A stretch of 64,000 bases of DNA from Octopus bimaculoides (taxonomy: Eukaryota), in contig NC_068983.1 of the NCBI RefSeq assembly GCF_001194135.2, positions 53,775,666 to 53,839,665 of the forward strand. The letters run 5' to 3'. The translations under genes were made by a program, and so were the position numbers. The notes under the pieces were generated by a model. That model worked only from the letters and a program-made list of their open reading frames with translations. It was not told the DNA's origin and did no database searches. Numbering within the stretch: position 1 is the stretch's first letter; every line of letters begins with the position of its first letter. Positions 23,085 through 35,175 of this stretch are shown piece by piece.

Positions 23085-23650
23085 TAATTCCGCCGGGGTC
23101 GATAAATTAAGTACCAGTTGCATACTGGGTTGATCCAATCGACTGGCCCCCTCCCCAAATATTTCGGTCTTTGTGCCTAGATTAGAAAAGAATATTTAAG
23201 CAGTAAGCTGACAGAAACGTTAGCACACCAGGCCAAATGCTTAGCAGTATTTTTTCTGTCTTTATATTCTGAGTTCAAATTTTGCCGAGGTTGACTTTGC
23301 CTTTCATCCTTTTGGAGTTGATAAATTAAGTACCAGTTGCATACTGAGGTTGATCTTATTGACTGGCCCCCTCCCCCAAAATTTCAGGCCTTGTGCCTAG
23401 AGTAGAAAAGACTATTTCAGACACATAAGATGCAGTGAGCTGCCAGAATCCTTAGCATGCTGGGCAAAATGCAAAGCAGTATTTCACCTATCTTTACATT
23501 TTGAGTTCAAATTGCACTAAAGTTGACTTTGCCCTTCCTCCTTTGGGGGGAGGGGGGGTCATTGATATAAGTACCAGTTAAGCATTGGGATTGATGTAAT
23601 CGACTTCACCCTTCTGCCAAAACTGGTGACCTTGTGCCAAAATTTAGAAT
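23085..23650 (+). mobile_element. Head-to-tail cluster of about three SINE family A copies
   Basis: Repeated core gataaattaagtaccagttgcatact and tail ttgtgcctagagtagaaaag. Confidence 0.8.
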
Positions 23651-23982
23651 TAATATTTCAGACTCACAGCATTCTGGGTTAAAGGAGACAATATTAAACT
23701 TTTGTTGACACAAGATGTCTTTATATACATACATATATAGACATACATTTATATATACACAGACATACATTTATAAACACGCGTGCGCACACACACACAC
23801 ACACACATGGTGTATGAATCTCTGCTAATATACATCTATGTATATATATATATATATGTATACATATGTAAATATATGTATATATGTGTGCGTGTGTATG
23901 TGTAGACTGTATGGGGTCTACATCTGTAGACCATATGGGGTCTACATCTAGCATAATGGATGTCCACTTAGAGGTCATCCGT

Positions 23983-24041
<59 letters not shown>

Positions 24042-24544
24042 GTACATATGATGTATATTCATTACACACACACACACATCATACATGCATATATACACAC
24101 ATGCATGCACATACAAATACACTCACATAAACACCTGTTTTATGAGAGACAATTTTATCAAATAAAAACATAAACTTTACAAATATCATTGGGTTGAGTC
24201 AATTTTTTTACTAACAGATACAATAGCTATTATCTGTAGATAGAAACCAATTATAACACACACCTTTAACTACTAAAGTACTTTATCTTCAATTGTACAT
24301 CCGCATTAAACTGACTTATTGACTTTTCTATATAAAATACTTGAATGTTAAGTAAACACTTAGCATTATTAGGGAAAAGCTCTCCAATGGTGACTCTACT
24401 GCTTTGATAAATCCTTTCTTACCACTTTAAGTTTGGCTTGACCTCTAACGACTGTTTACCTGCTAATAGGATATTGAGCCCTTCCATGATGACCTCAGCC
24501 AATAAATAAACTATGTAAAATTCCCTAGTACACCTATCCATTCA

Positions 24545-24720
24545 TGCATCTTCTCTTCTCATTATTCCTAGGAAGTTTCGTGCGGATAGAGTCCTCCGGC
24601 AACTCCACCATGGTGTCCTATCAGAAACAACCATCATTACCCTTTCTGGCTGGTCTCTGAGGTTTGACCAACTGAGACTATGGATATTATTCAACCATTT
24701 TGTTCTTGTTCTACCTATGA
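24545..24720 (-). pseudogene. RTE-clade LINE, extreme 3' fragment
   Basis: GRTRTKWLNNIHSLSWSNL...V.DRTPW, the RTE C-terminal GRPR..W motif. Confidence 0.6.
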
Positions 24721-25025
24721 TAATTTGCATTGAGAGAATTAGCACTTCTATATACAGAAACTGCATGTATAAAAGATATATAGAAATGTAGCGATTCACT
24801 ACAAAAGGAAACAACCTTTAAACCTTTTTTTTTTCCCCCTTCTGGTCTAACTACTTAATATTCGAACCCACAGCATTAACTAATTTTTTTTGCTTATTAT
24901 CATCTTTGCTCTTCTTTGGATCAATATGTTATGTGTATCTATAGAGAGACAGACAGACAGACAGAAAGGTAGATAGATCAATAAATATATAGACAGGCAT
25001 TAACCACATGCATGAAAAAGGCACA

Positions 25026-25410
25026 GTACATTTTGGTTATCTCACCCCCATTAAAAAATTGGATTATTTTCCCACTAAAAAGTTGAGTTTATGTGGCAAC
25101 AAAAGACTGGATTAAAAGAGTTACACATTGTTGACTTTTGGCCTCCTCAATAGGAAAGGTATGATTTGTTATTAAAATGTTATCAGATTCAATTAAGATG
25201 TTTAATTTTTTCAATTTTCATGTTTATTAATTTTTTCAATTTTGTATGATTTCTTATAAAAATATCAAATTCAATAAGATGTTTAATCTTTCCACTTTTC
25301 ATGTTTATAAATTTTTTCATTTTTTTTTTGTTTTATTGAGGGTTAAACAATCTTTTTAGTTGGGGGTGATAGCCCAATTTTTAATGGGGGTGAAATAACC
25401 AAAAAGTACC
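25026..25410. mobile_element. MITE with ~55-bp TIRs and an internal ~80-bp duplication
   Basis: ttttggttatctcacccccattaaaaaattgg versus ccaatttttaatgggggtgaaataaccaaaa. Confidence 0.75.
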
Positions 25411-26237
25411 AAAGACGCAGATACAGTTGCATGGTTACATAGTTATAGGTATGTATGTATGCAAGTATGAATGTATTCATGTATCTGTATGTTTGTATGT
25501 AAGTACATGTGCAAGTATCAATATTTGTATATACGTACGTATAAACAAGTATATTTATGTGTTCGTATGCACACACACACTCACACATATGCATACATAT
25601 TTACTATTCATAATATATAGAAATCACTAGTTAGCTAGCTAGACAGACATATGTGCATGTATATATGTATCATTTGTTCTATTGCATGTGTATGTAATCG
25701 TATATATACATCTTTACGTATTGTGTGTTTTTAATCCAATTCTTACCACATATTCAATCTACATTGGAGGATTATTGTTTTGTTTCACACATCGATTCTT
25801 TTTAAGATTTAACTTTAATTTTGATATTTTTAATTATGCAATACAAAATTTTAAATGCATTTTAACGTTCTTCTTTCATTAATTCAATTACCTAATCAAG
25901 TTAAACCAGTTCCCCCATCTCCACTCCGATGTTTGAATTACAAATCATAAAACTTCTATTTGCCTAAAAATCAAACGAGAGTTAAGTCCCTTGAACCAGG
26001 TTCTATAGTTTGTGGACTTTCAATACTTCGAACATGCAACGGTAATTTCATTTATGTGGTCCTCGCAAATTAACACATTAAACAAGAAAATAAGTATAAT
26101 AGTTTATATATTGTCGTCTATGTACACAACTACGTATGTATGTTCTTCTTGTTATTTTATGTATTTTGTTTATCGTTTTTTATTTTTTTATTTATATTGA
26201 TTCGGCTTCAGTTTTCTGATATTATTATCGTTTTTAC

Positions 26238-26356
26238 GTTTACGGCCATATCACATTGAAAACACCGGTTCTCGTCCGATAACCGAAGTTAAGCAACATC
26301 GAGCCTAGTTAGTACTTAGATGGGTGACCGCTTGGGAAACCTAGGTGCTGTAAACG
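26238..26356 (+). rRNA. Full-length 5S rRNA-like copy, probably retroposed
   Basis: GTTTACGGCCATATCAC...CCGAAGTTAAGCAAC...AGTACTTAGATGGGTGACCG...GCTGTAAAC. Helix I pairs fully (GTTTACGGC/GCTGTAAAC) and boxes A and C are present, but helix II has two mismatches. Confidence 0.9.
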
Positions 26357-26398
26357 TCTTTCTATCCTTTTAGCCCCCTTTGGGCAATAAAGAAATAA
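26238..26398 (+). mobile_element. 5S-headed retroposon (5S plus SINE-A-type tail) with a 13-bp TSD
   Basis: Tail tttagccccctttgggcaataaagaaataa matches the family A tail at 47640-47669. Flanks ttatcgtttttac (26225-26237) and ttgtcatttttac (26399-26411) match at 11/13. Confidence 0.8.
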
Positions 26399-26682
26399 TT
26401 GTCATTTTTACTTTTGTGTTTGTCTTCAAATATAAAGTTAATTCATCCATTCTTATTTATTCTTAAATACCTCATTAGAGAAACGAAATAGTTATTCAGT
26501 AAGAGTCACTTTTCTCCATTGATTATATATATATATATACATATANNNNNNNNNNNNNNNNNNNNNNNNNNNNNNNNNNNNNNNNNNNNNNNNNNNNNNN
26601 NNNNNNNNNNNNNNNNNNNNNNNNNNNNNNNNNNNNNNNNNNNNNNNNNNNNNACACATGCATACATACATGCATGCATATG

Positions 26683-27240
26683 CACAACAGACCTGTTATA
26701 ATGATTTGGGATAGAGAAGAGAACCTGTGCACCCTTGTGGAAATTAGCTGCCCAGTGGATGTTAACATAAAGCTGAAGATCAGTGAAAAAGAGAACGCCA
26801 TGCTGAACTATTGAGAAATTTGCAGTTACTCTATCAAGATTACAAGTTTAGGTTTATACCTGTAATTAATGGGGCCCTGGGATATGTAACACACTGCCTA
26901 AATACCAATCTTGAGAAATTTGGCTTCTCAAAACCAGAAAGGAGAAAGCTAATTCGAAGGCTACAGATCCAATCCATCGCTAGAACTGTAAAAATCTGTA
27001 AAACTTTCCAGAAGTTTATCATTCAAATATGTATGAGTATGTCTAGATATGTAACTATATGCATGAGAATACATACATAAAACATACAAATCTGCACGTA
27101 TATACGTAATACATACATGCATACGTGTGAATCAGTATATACAGACTGCTTACAGTACATTCTGTCTCACCTAGGGATTCGTCTGGGAATCCTTGAGAAC
27201 TGAATGCCTGGAAGGTACATGAAAAACATTTATACATACA
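26683..27240 (+). mobile_element. R4/Dong-like non-LTR retrotransposon 3' end (REL endonuclease)
   Basis: HNRPDLL*WDREENLCTLVEISCPVDVNI...RNLQLLYQDYKFRFIPVINGALG (PD-(D/E)xK), then a 3' UTR. Confidence 0.85.
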
Positions 27241-27579
27241 CATAGATAGATTCAAACGGCAGCTGCACAGAAACTCAAATACAACCAACCATAGTCAACT
27301 AACACAGCATTAATTCCTCATACTAAATATAAAAATATGAAATCCAAATGAACTTAAAAGAAATAAACCTGCACCTGCACGCCCAGTTAGAAAACCTTCC
27401 TGAACCACAAGTCACCCTATGATCACTCTATAATTTCTGCAGTTCCCTTAATGTTTTGTTAATTCAAAATTTCCCTGCCGCGATAAAGCTACTGATCAAT
27501 AAGAAGTACTGAACTGTTAAATTTAACTTATCATAGTTAATACAATATTGAGTTCTGTTTTATATGTACGTATGTGTTA

Positions 27580-27810
27580 TTTCTTTACTATCCACAAGGG
27601 GCTACACACAGAGGGGACAAACAAGGACAGACAAACGGATTAAGTCGATTATACCGACCCCAGTGCGTAACTGGTACTTATTTAATCGACCCCGAAAGGA
27701 TGAAAGGCAAAGTCGACCTCGGCGGAATTTGAACTCAGAACGTAGCGGCAGACGAAATACCGCTAAGCATTTCGCCCGGCGTGCTAACGTTTCTGCCAGC
27801 TCGCCGCCTT
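27580..27810 (-). mobile_element. Young full-length SINE family A
   Basis: Head, core and tail ...tagccccttgtggatagtaaagaaataa, all CpG-rich and intact. Confidence 0.9.
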
Positions 27811-29394
27811 GTATGTATGTATGTGTGTTTGTATGTATGCGCGCGCAAACACAGACACGTGTTGCACGTGTTCTCGCACTCTTATAGACATACTCGTACA
27901 TGTGCAGTGTGTGTACATCTACACATGCATACATACATCGTTAGAGAGAGAGAGAGTGATGCAAATATATTGTTATATATGAGTTTATACACACACACAT
28001 AGGTAGCTAGCTAGCTAGATAGATAGATGTGTGTATATATGTATGTATTATGTATACATGCGTGTGTGTGTGTGTGTGTATTATATATGTGTGTGTATAA
28101 GCACACACCACATACATATCTACTTTTCTGTTCTCATAGACTCATACACATTCCCAAACATGAACACACAATAGCGTGTTTAGCGTATATGCATTAAAAA
28201 ATCTATCCCCGCCTTCTAAAAGTCTAACCATAAATCAGTAGATTTATTCTGCAGAAAAATTTTAAAATCAAGTTAGACTTGCACAACCAATACGAAGATA
28301 TTCCAAGCATCCTGTAAAAGAACTAAGCCTAGCTACTAATAGGGAATCCATAACACACGACTGCTAAATATATCGTGTAAATATATTGCTAAAGCTATAG
28401 TACACGAGGCTGATACATAAATGCTATATGTGCATGACAGAGGGAAAGCTAAAACAAACACTTCTCTTATCATTTGTTAAGATTGAATTATGTAACATCT
28501 GAAAATGAAAAGAAAATGCTTCCAAATATTACATCGAATGAAGATTACAGAAAGATCAACACCTAACAAGAGCAGAAGAAAAGGGCGTAATTGTTGCATG
28601 GTAGGGAAAGATTCATACTTAAAGATGGGGTGACACTGAGGTAGGTAGGTAGATAGATATTGAGTGGATGGATGGGGAGAGAGAAAAAGAAGGGGATTGG
28701 TAGATAGTATATACAAATAATATACATTATATTTTGTGTGTGTGTTAAATTGTAGTGAGTACGCAAAACAGCGAGAATCAAAACATTGATGAATATGCAT
28801 TGATTAACATGTTCTGGCTGATGTGAGTGTGCATATTTACAGTTGATTATGTGTGAATAAATATACACATGAATGTCGTATGTATGTATGTGTTTATATC
28901 ACGAATATTACTATACTAAAGCACATGGTAGTCTACGATGTATTTTTCGCTGATACAGGTTTGTAAAACAATTGATAACAACCCTTTCAACTACAGGCAC
29001 AAGGCCTGAAATTTTGGAGGAAAGTGCTAATCGATTACATCGACCCCAGTGTTCAAGTCATACTGATTTTATCAACCCTGAATACAGAGTTGACCTCAAG
29101 GGAATTTGAACTTGAAACGTAAAGACGGATGAAATGCTGCTAAGCATTTTGCTCGGCATGCTAACAGTTCTGCCAGATTAATGTTGAACTTGCAGTAAAG
29201 AGTGCTTCGGTGCACTGCGTCTTGTCGGGAAAGGATAAAAGAGGGAAGAGAAAACGGCAAGAGAAAAGTCAAGTAAAGAAAGCACCAAAAGTACATGCAC
29301 TGTTTACAGAATAAAACACACGGAAACAGAAAAGAGGACCGTAGCAGAGCCATAAAAACAAAAGAAAGGGTTCATAGGTACATCAGTCGTGTTA

Positions 29395-29650
29395 GTGAAT
29401 TTCGGGAAACATGGTGTTTTTTGAAGGATGCAGTGTCTTAACAATAACTGATGTGGATAGTTTGTTTCGGGCTACGACAATCCTGAGAGTGAAAAAACTG
29501 TTTTCGAACGTCATAGGAGCTTCGCAGTTTTTCGATTTTAAAAGAAGCCGGCTGTAGAGGAGTGTGTAATTGAGAAAAATCAACAAACTTATACATCTGG
29601 TTAGCTTTGATTTTATCCACCTCCAATCGATCGACAGGGAAAGTCGATTA
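29395..29650 (-). pseudogene. CR1-type LINE, extreme 3' fragment
   Basis: FKIEKLRSSYDVRKQFFTLRIVVARNKL, the CR1 ..R..FF..R.V..WN.L motif. Confidence 0.6.
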
Positions 29651-29887
29651 TTTTGCGAAATTCACAGTCAGAACAACGAGATAAGGAAACGAAAACCTCC
29701 GACCCACTTCGGTCGGCTTTGAATTTTTGGGAGCAAATCCGAGTTATCCACAATAGTTTTATTAAGATCTCTGTAATTTATCTATCTATCTATCTATCTA
29801 TCTGTCTATCTACATGTATGTATTATATATGTCTATTCATACATAAATACATACATACAAACGTAAGTACATTCATACGTTCGTAAA

Positions 29888-29934
<47 letters not shown>

Positions 29935-30073
29935 ATATATGTATGTATGTATATATATGAATGTATGTATATATGTATGATTGTATGTATATATATATAT
30001 GAATGTGTGTATGTGTATGTATGTATATATATGTATGTGTATATATATATGAATGTATGTATGTATATATACA

Positions 30074-30107
<34 letters not shown>

Positions 30108-30145
30108 TGTATGTATGTGTGTGTATATATATATATATGAATGCT

Positions 30146-30191
<46 letters not shown>

Positions 30192-30568
30192 TGCGTGTGT
30201 ATATATATATATATATATATAAATGTATGCATGCATGCACGTATGTATGTACAATATAAGCGTTCAGTTGTCCATGTGTCAGGAAAAAAAGCACTCTCTA
30301 AACGAAATTTTGAGCAGTTATATTTTATGTATTCGAGTATTATATCGTTGGTTATGGCATATAACTGGTGAGAAAGTTACCATTAGTTTCACGTCTCCTA
30401 ATTCACTTAGCAATATTGACAACTCAGACCTGCTGGTCAGAAGCATGTAGCCTCTTTATTTTAGAAGTAAATACTAATAGAGAGTGAAACCATTGGTAAC
30501 TTCCTAATCAATTATATCCCATAACCAAAGATACCCTACTCGACTATATATATATATATATATATATA

Positions 30569-30781
30569 GTAAATAAAATAAAAACGTAGAACAAACACAA
30601 AATAACAACAACGTGAGGACGTGGTACATGTGAAGTATTAGCTGACGCTCAGGGAAGGAAAGAAAGGTAGTTTAACGTTTCGAGCAAAGCTCTTCTTCAG
30701 AAACAGAGGAAAATCCAATAGGAAAAGAAGACGGAGAAAAAGAAATCGCCAACGATTCACATGAGGTTACATTTTGAAATG
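30569..30781 (-). mobile_element. Penelope-like terminal-repeat remnant between (TA)n and (GATA)n
   Basis: Contains the minimal hammerhead at 30670-30704; ends in a T-rich tail at the (TA)n tract. Confidence 0.6.
30670..30704 (-). ncRNA. Minimal type I hammerhead ribozyme (intact motif)
   Basis: Minus strand: gttt-CUGAAGA-a-gagc(ttt)gctc-GAA-ACGU-U-aaac. Four-nt palindromic helix III; triplet GUU. Confidence 0.78.
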
Positions 30782-30814
<33 letters not shown>

Positions 30815-32082
30815 AGATAGGGATGGCCGGTCTATAGGGATAACCCTGAGTTTCACGTCCACTTGCTAGAGAGGCCATAGGTGACCATGCTGGGGCACTG
30901 CCTTGAAGAATTTTTATTGAATGATGAATCGAGCCCATTACTTCTGTACTTTTTTTTCTTGTTTTAAAGCCTGATAATTATTCTGTCGGCCTGTTTTACT
31001 GAATTGATAAGTTACGGGGACATAAACACAACAACGCAAGCACACACACGTGTGGGTGAGACGGGCTTCTTTCAGTTTCCGTCTACCAAATCCACTCACA
31101 AGGCTTTGGTTGACTTGAGGCTATAGTAGAAGACACTTGCCCAAGGTGCCACGCAGTGAGAGTGAACCCGGAACCATGTAAGCAAGCTAATTACCACACA
31201 GTCACTCTTGCGCCTACTTCTGAATATTATTTTATTAATTAGATTTTTTCAGATTTTTTTTTTTTTTCTAGTTTTTGTAACTAATTTCCAAATCAAATAA
31301 AAATGTTTGAATTGTTTTAGTTTTCGTTATTGTTATCTATTTTTGATTATCATGTTGTTCTTCATCTTCTTGTTGATGACATTAATGCAAGTACTGCTGA
31401 TCCAAGAGTTCTTGGACCGTTTATCTTATTTATCTATTGCTACATGTTATTATGTAACAAACAACGAACAAAGTAAATGAAAAATTAACAAAATAATATA
31501 TAATTATTAAAAATAAAAGTTTTAAAAAAAACTTACGTTTTCGTGTGTCACTTCCTTATATATGCTTATATTTATATATACACATGAACATATACCACTA
31601 TAAATATATACACATATATATGTATGTGTATAAATTTATACGTATAATAAAACTATACTTGTAATCTCAAAACCAATCGCTATTTATGATATTCCTAGTT
31701 TCTCTTTAAACCAAGAACCTGTTCAAATTAAAGGTGTATATATATATACATGTACATATATATAATAGAAGTAATCTTTAGTTAAAAGAGAAACCTTTCA
31801 TTAGCATGTTGACATCGACGACGACGGTGACGATGATGACTTGGTAATAGATCTGGTTTTTATTTTTTTTTATTTTTTTTTAGTGCTTTTCTTTTCTGGT
31901 TTTTTTTTTTTATTTATTTTTGTATCACAAAAGTTTTTTTCTTTTCGTTTTCTTTTTTATTATTGGATGAACTAAATAAGCTTAAAGTAAAAAGAAATGT
32001 TCAACGCTAAATTTCTGCTTGACCAAAGTGAATGAGGCCAACTATTTATTATTTGTCATTATTGTTACTTTTATTATTATTG

Positions 32083-32134
<52 letters not shown>

Positions 32135-32670
32135 CAGTTAGACAACGAAGAGGGTTTCTTATGATAATAATGTTATTTTGATTTCTTTTCAAACGGCAGC
32201 TATTGTAAAATATAGATTTGAATACGGGTATTTTAAAACGTTTGTCTGTGTGAGGTGTATGTTTGTGTGTGTATGGGTACGTGTGCATCTAGGTGTGTAT
32301 ATAGATAACTGTGTGTGTGTATGCGCACATGAATGTGTGTGCGTGTGCAGGCATGTGAATGGGTGTGTATGTGAGCGCGCTTATATCTGGTATGCATGTA
32401 TGTATGTGTGAGAATATGAAAGTTTATGCTTCTACCGGTTTTCTTAAGTGTGAGCATATGTACAACTATCTTTTGTCAGGTATCCCACATGCTTACGAGT
32501 GTATATATTGATATGCATACGAGTTGGTGTGTGTATGTATGTTAATCTGTGTGCGCGTGTGTGTGAATGTGTCGGTATTTTTTCGCAATCATTCAACAAG
32601 TATGTATCTATACGTGAATATATTTCTCACATTAACTATTTCTATGTACCTATGTTTCTTTCTATTTAAT

Positions 32671-32714
<44 letters not shown>

Positions 32715-33194
32715 CCTCTCTCTCACACACACACACACATATACAGCAGGTATTTATTTCAGCTTTATTAAGCACAGCTAAAAAGCATTCATTTGTGACG
32801 AGCAATTCGTCCAAGTACACCTTTATACATATTTAGTCTTTCACTACATTTTTTCTCTATTTTCTCCTCGTTTGTTCGTTCGTTCATTACCTCTTTCTTT
32901 CTTTCATTTTTCTTTTGTTGCTTCCCCCCTCTCTCTCACTGTCACTCTATCTATCTATCTGTCTGTTTGTCTATCTATCTATGTCTGCCTGTCTCTCTCT
33001 CTCTCCTCTCTTTATATATACATACATACATACACATACACGTCTGTATGTATGTAGGTAGGAATGTATATATGTGTGTGTGTGTGTGTGTGTTCTTGAA
33101 TGGCTTACAAACATTTTCCACGCTGCAATATAAATATTAATATATTCATATACATATATACACATATAAATGCATGTGTGTGTGTGTGTATGCT

Positions 33195-33407
33195 CTTTAC
33201 TATTTTACTTGTTTCAGTCATTTGACTGCGGCCATGCTGCAGCACCGCCTTTAGTCGAGCAAATCGATCCAAGGACTTATTCTTTGCAAGTCTAGTACTT
33301 ATTCTATCGGTCTCTTTTGCCGAACTGCTAATGTTACGGGGACATAAACACATCGGTTGTCAAGCGATGTCGGGGGGACAAATGCAGACACACAAACATA
33401 TACACAA

Positions 33408-33454
<47 letters not shown>

Positions 33455-33612
33455 TATATACGACGGGCTTCTTTCAGTTTTCGTCTACCAAATCCACTCA
33501 CAAGGCCCGAGGCTATAGTGGAAGACACTTGCCCAAGGTGCCACGCAATGGGACTGAACCCGGGACCATGTGGTTGGTAAGCAAGCTACTTACCACACAG
33601 CCACTCCTACAC
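33195..33612 (-). mobile_element. SINE family B
   Basis: Complete head, core, microsatellite and tail. Further copies at about 31020-31215, 36792-37170, 37690-37890, 41095-41400, 43965-44545, 46963-47205 and 51745-52090. Confidence 0.88.
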
Positions 33613-33991
33613 ACGTACATGTATAGTTAAAGTCATAAGAATTTTATAAGCTTTCGAGAAAGCGTCAATTTTTTTTTTCTCGAAGCACAATAAAATTTAG
33701 CCGTAAAGAATAGCATGTAAGGATCTTTTTTAAAACGGGGGCCACATTTTTCATTAATGTTTTACGTAGTGTTTTTGGTACCGAAAGACTTTCAAACTTC
33801 GTATACTTATCTATTTTGTGTTATAGAACAGAAAAATATTTTTGTATTCGAATTTATTTCATGTAAAAAATTGTCTTATTTCGATAATTTCAACCAATCA
33901 CTGACGTCCACTCAGCCGATATACATTAAGTGCCGACTACATAAACAAACGATTCTTCGTTTTATTTGCTTTTTTCATTTTAAATTTGCTT

Positions 33992-34048
33992 TAACCCTAA
34001 CCCTAACCCTAACCCTAACCCTAACTCTAACCCTAGGGTTAGGGTTAG
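33992..34048. repeat. Interstitial telomeric repeat with strand switch, (TAACCC)n then (TTAGGG)n
   Basis: taaccctaaccc...ctaactctaaccctagggttagggttag immediately before a 646-N gap. Confidence 0.95.
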
Positions 34049-35175
34049 NNNNNNNNNNNNNNNNNNNNNNNNNNNNNNNNNNNNNNNNNNNNNNNNNNNN
34101 NNNNNNNNNNNNNNNNNNNNNNNNNNNNNNNNNNNNNNNNNNNNNNNNNNNNNNNNNNNNNNNNNNNNNNNNNNNNNNNNNNNNNNNNNNNNNNNNNNNN
34201 NNNNNNNNNNNNNNNNNNNNNNNNNNNNNNNNNNNNNNNNNNNNNNNNNNNNNNNNNNNNNNNNNNNNNNNNNNNNNNNNNNNNNNNNNNNNNNNNNNNN
34301 NNNNNNNNNNNNNNNNNNNNNNNNNNNNNNNNNNNNNNNNNNNNNNNNNNNNNNNNNNNNNNNNNNNNNNNNNNNNNNNNNNNNNNNNNNNNNNNNNNNN
34401 NNNNNNNNNNNNNNNNNNNNNNNNNNNNNNNNNNNNNNNNNNNNNNNNNNNNNNNNNNNNNNNNNNNNNNNNNNNNNNNNNNNNNNNNNNNNNNNNNNNN
34501 NNNNNNNNNNNNNNNNNNNNNNNNNNNNNNNNNNNNNNNNNNNNNNNNNNNNNNNNNNNNNNNNNNNNNNNNNNNNNNNNNNNNNNNNNNNNNNNNNNNN
34601 NNNNNNNNNNNNNNNNNNNNNNNNNNNNNNNNNNNNNNNNNNNNNNNNNNNNNNNNNNNNNNNNNNNNNNNNNNNNNNNNNNNNNNNNNNNNNNATTGTG
34701 GTTTTCGTCACTGTTTACCATTATTTTTTTTTTTTTAATTTAATGTATCATAGATGTAATTTTTGACGCTGAATCCGAATTTGTTATTCATTTATTCCTG
34801 AAAAATTTTCCAAAAATACTACAGGTGTTCAAAGTTTGATAATTTTCAAAATTTTCAGCCAATCAGAAAACGGCGCGTTCGCTGCCTTTTCCATCAGCAG
34901 GGTGGGGGTGGGGGCATCTGCATGTCAAAACATGAAACTAGCTACAGTAAACTGAAAAACACGAAAACATTCGCGAACAAATTAAATATTTAAAAGCTAC
35001 GAACAAACCAACAGGAGTTGCTAGAAACGATAGTCAGAACGTTAAAATATACACTAGCAAAATAAACAGTGAAAACTGAAAAACATACGCGAGCAAATTA
35101 AATATTTAAAAGCTACGAGCAAAGCAACAAGGGGTGTTAGAAATAACAGTCAAAACATTTATTAGTTTAAAAATT

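Noticed and set aside
26238-26356. Functional tandem 5S rDNA locus
   Set aside because: It is a single dispersed copy with a SINE tail, a TSD and helix II mismatches, so I treat it as a retrocopy. Expression is not excluded.
33992-34048. Chromosome fusion scar
   Set aside because: The repeat polarity is opposite to an end-to-end fusion, and the tract is short.
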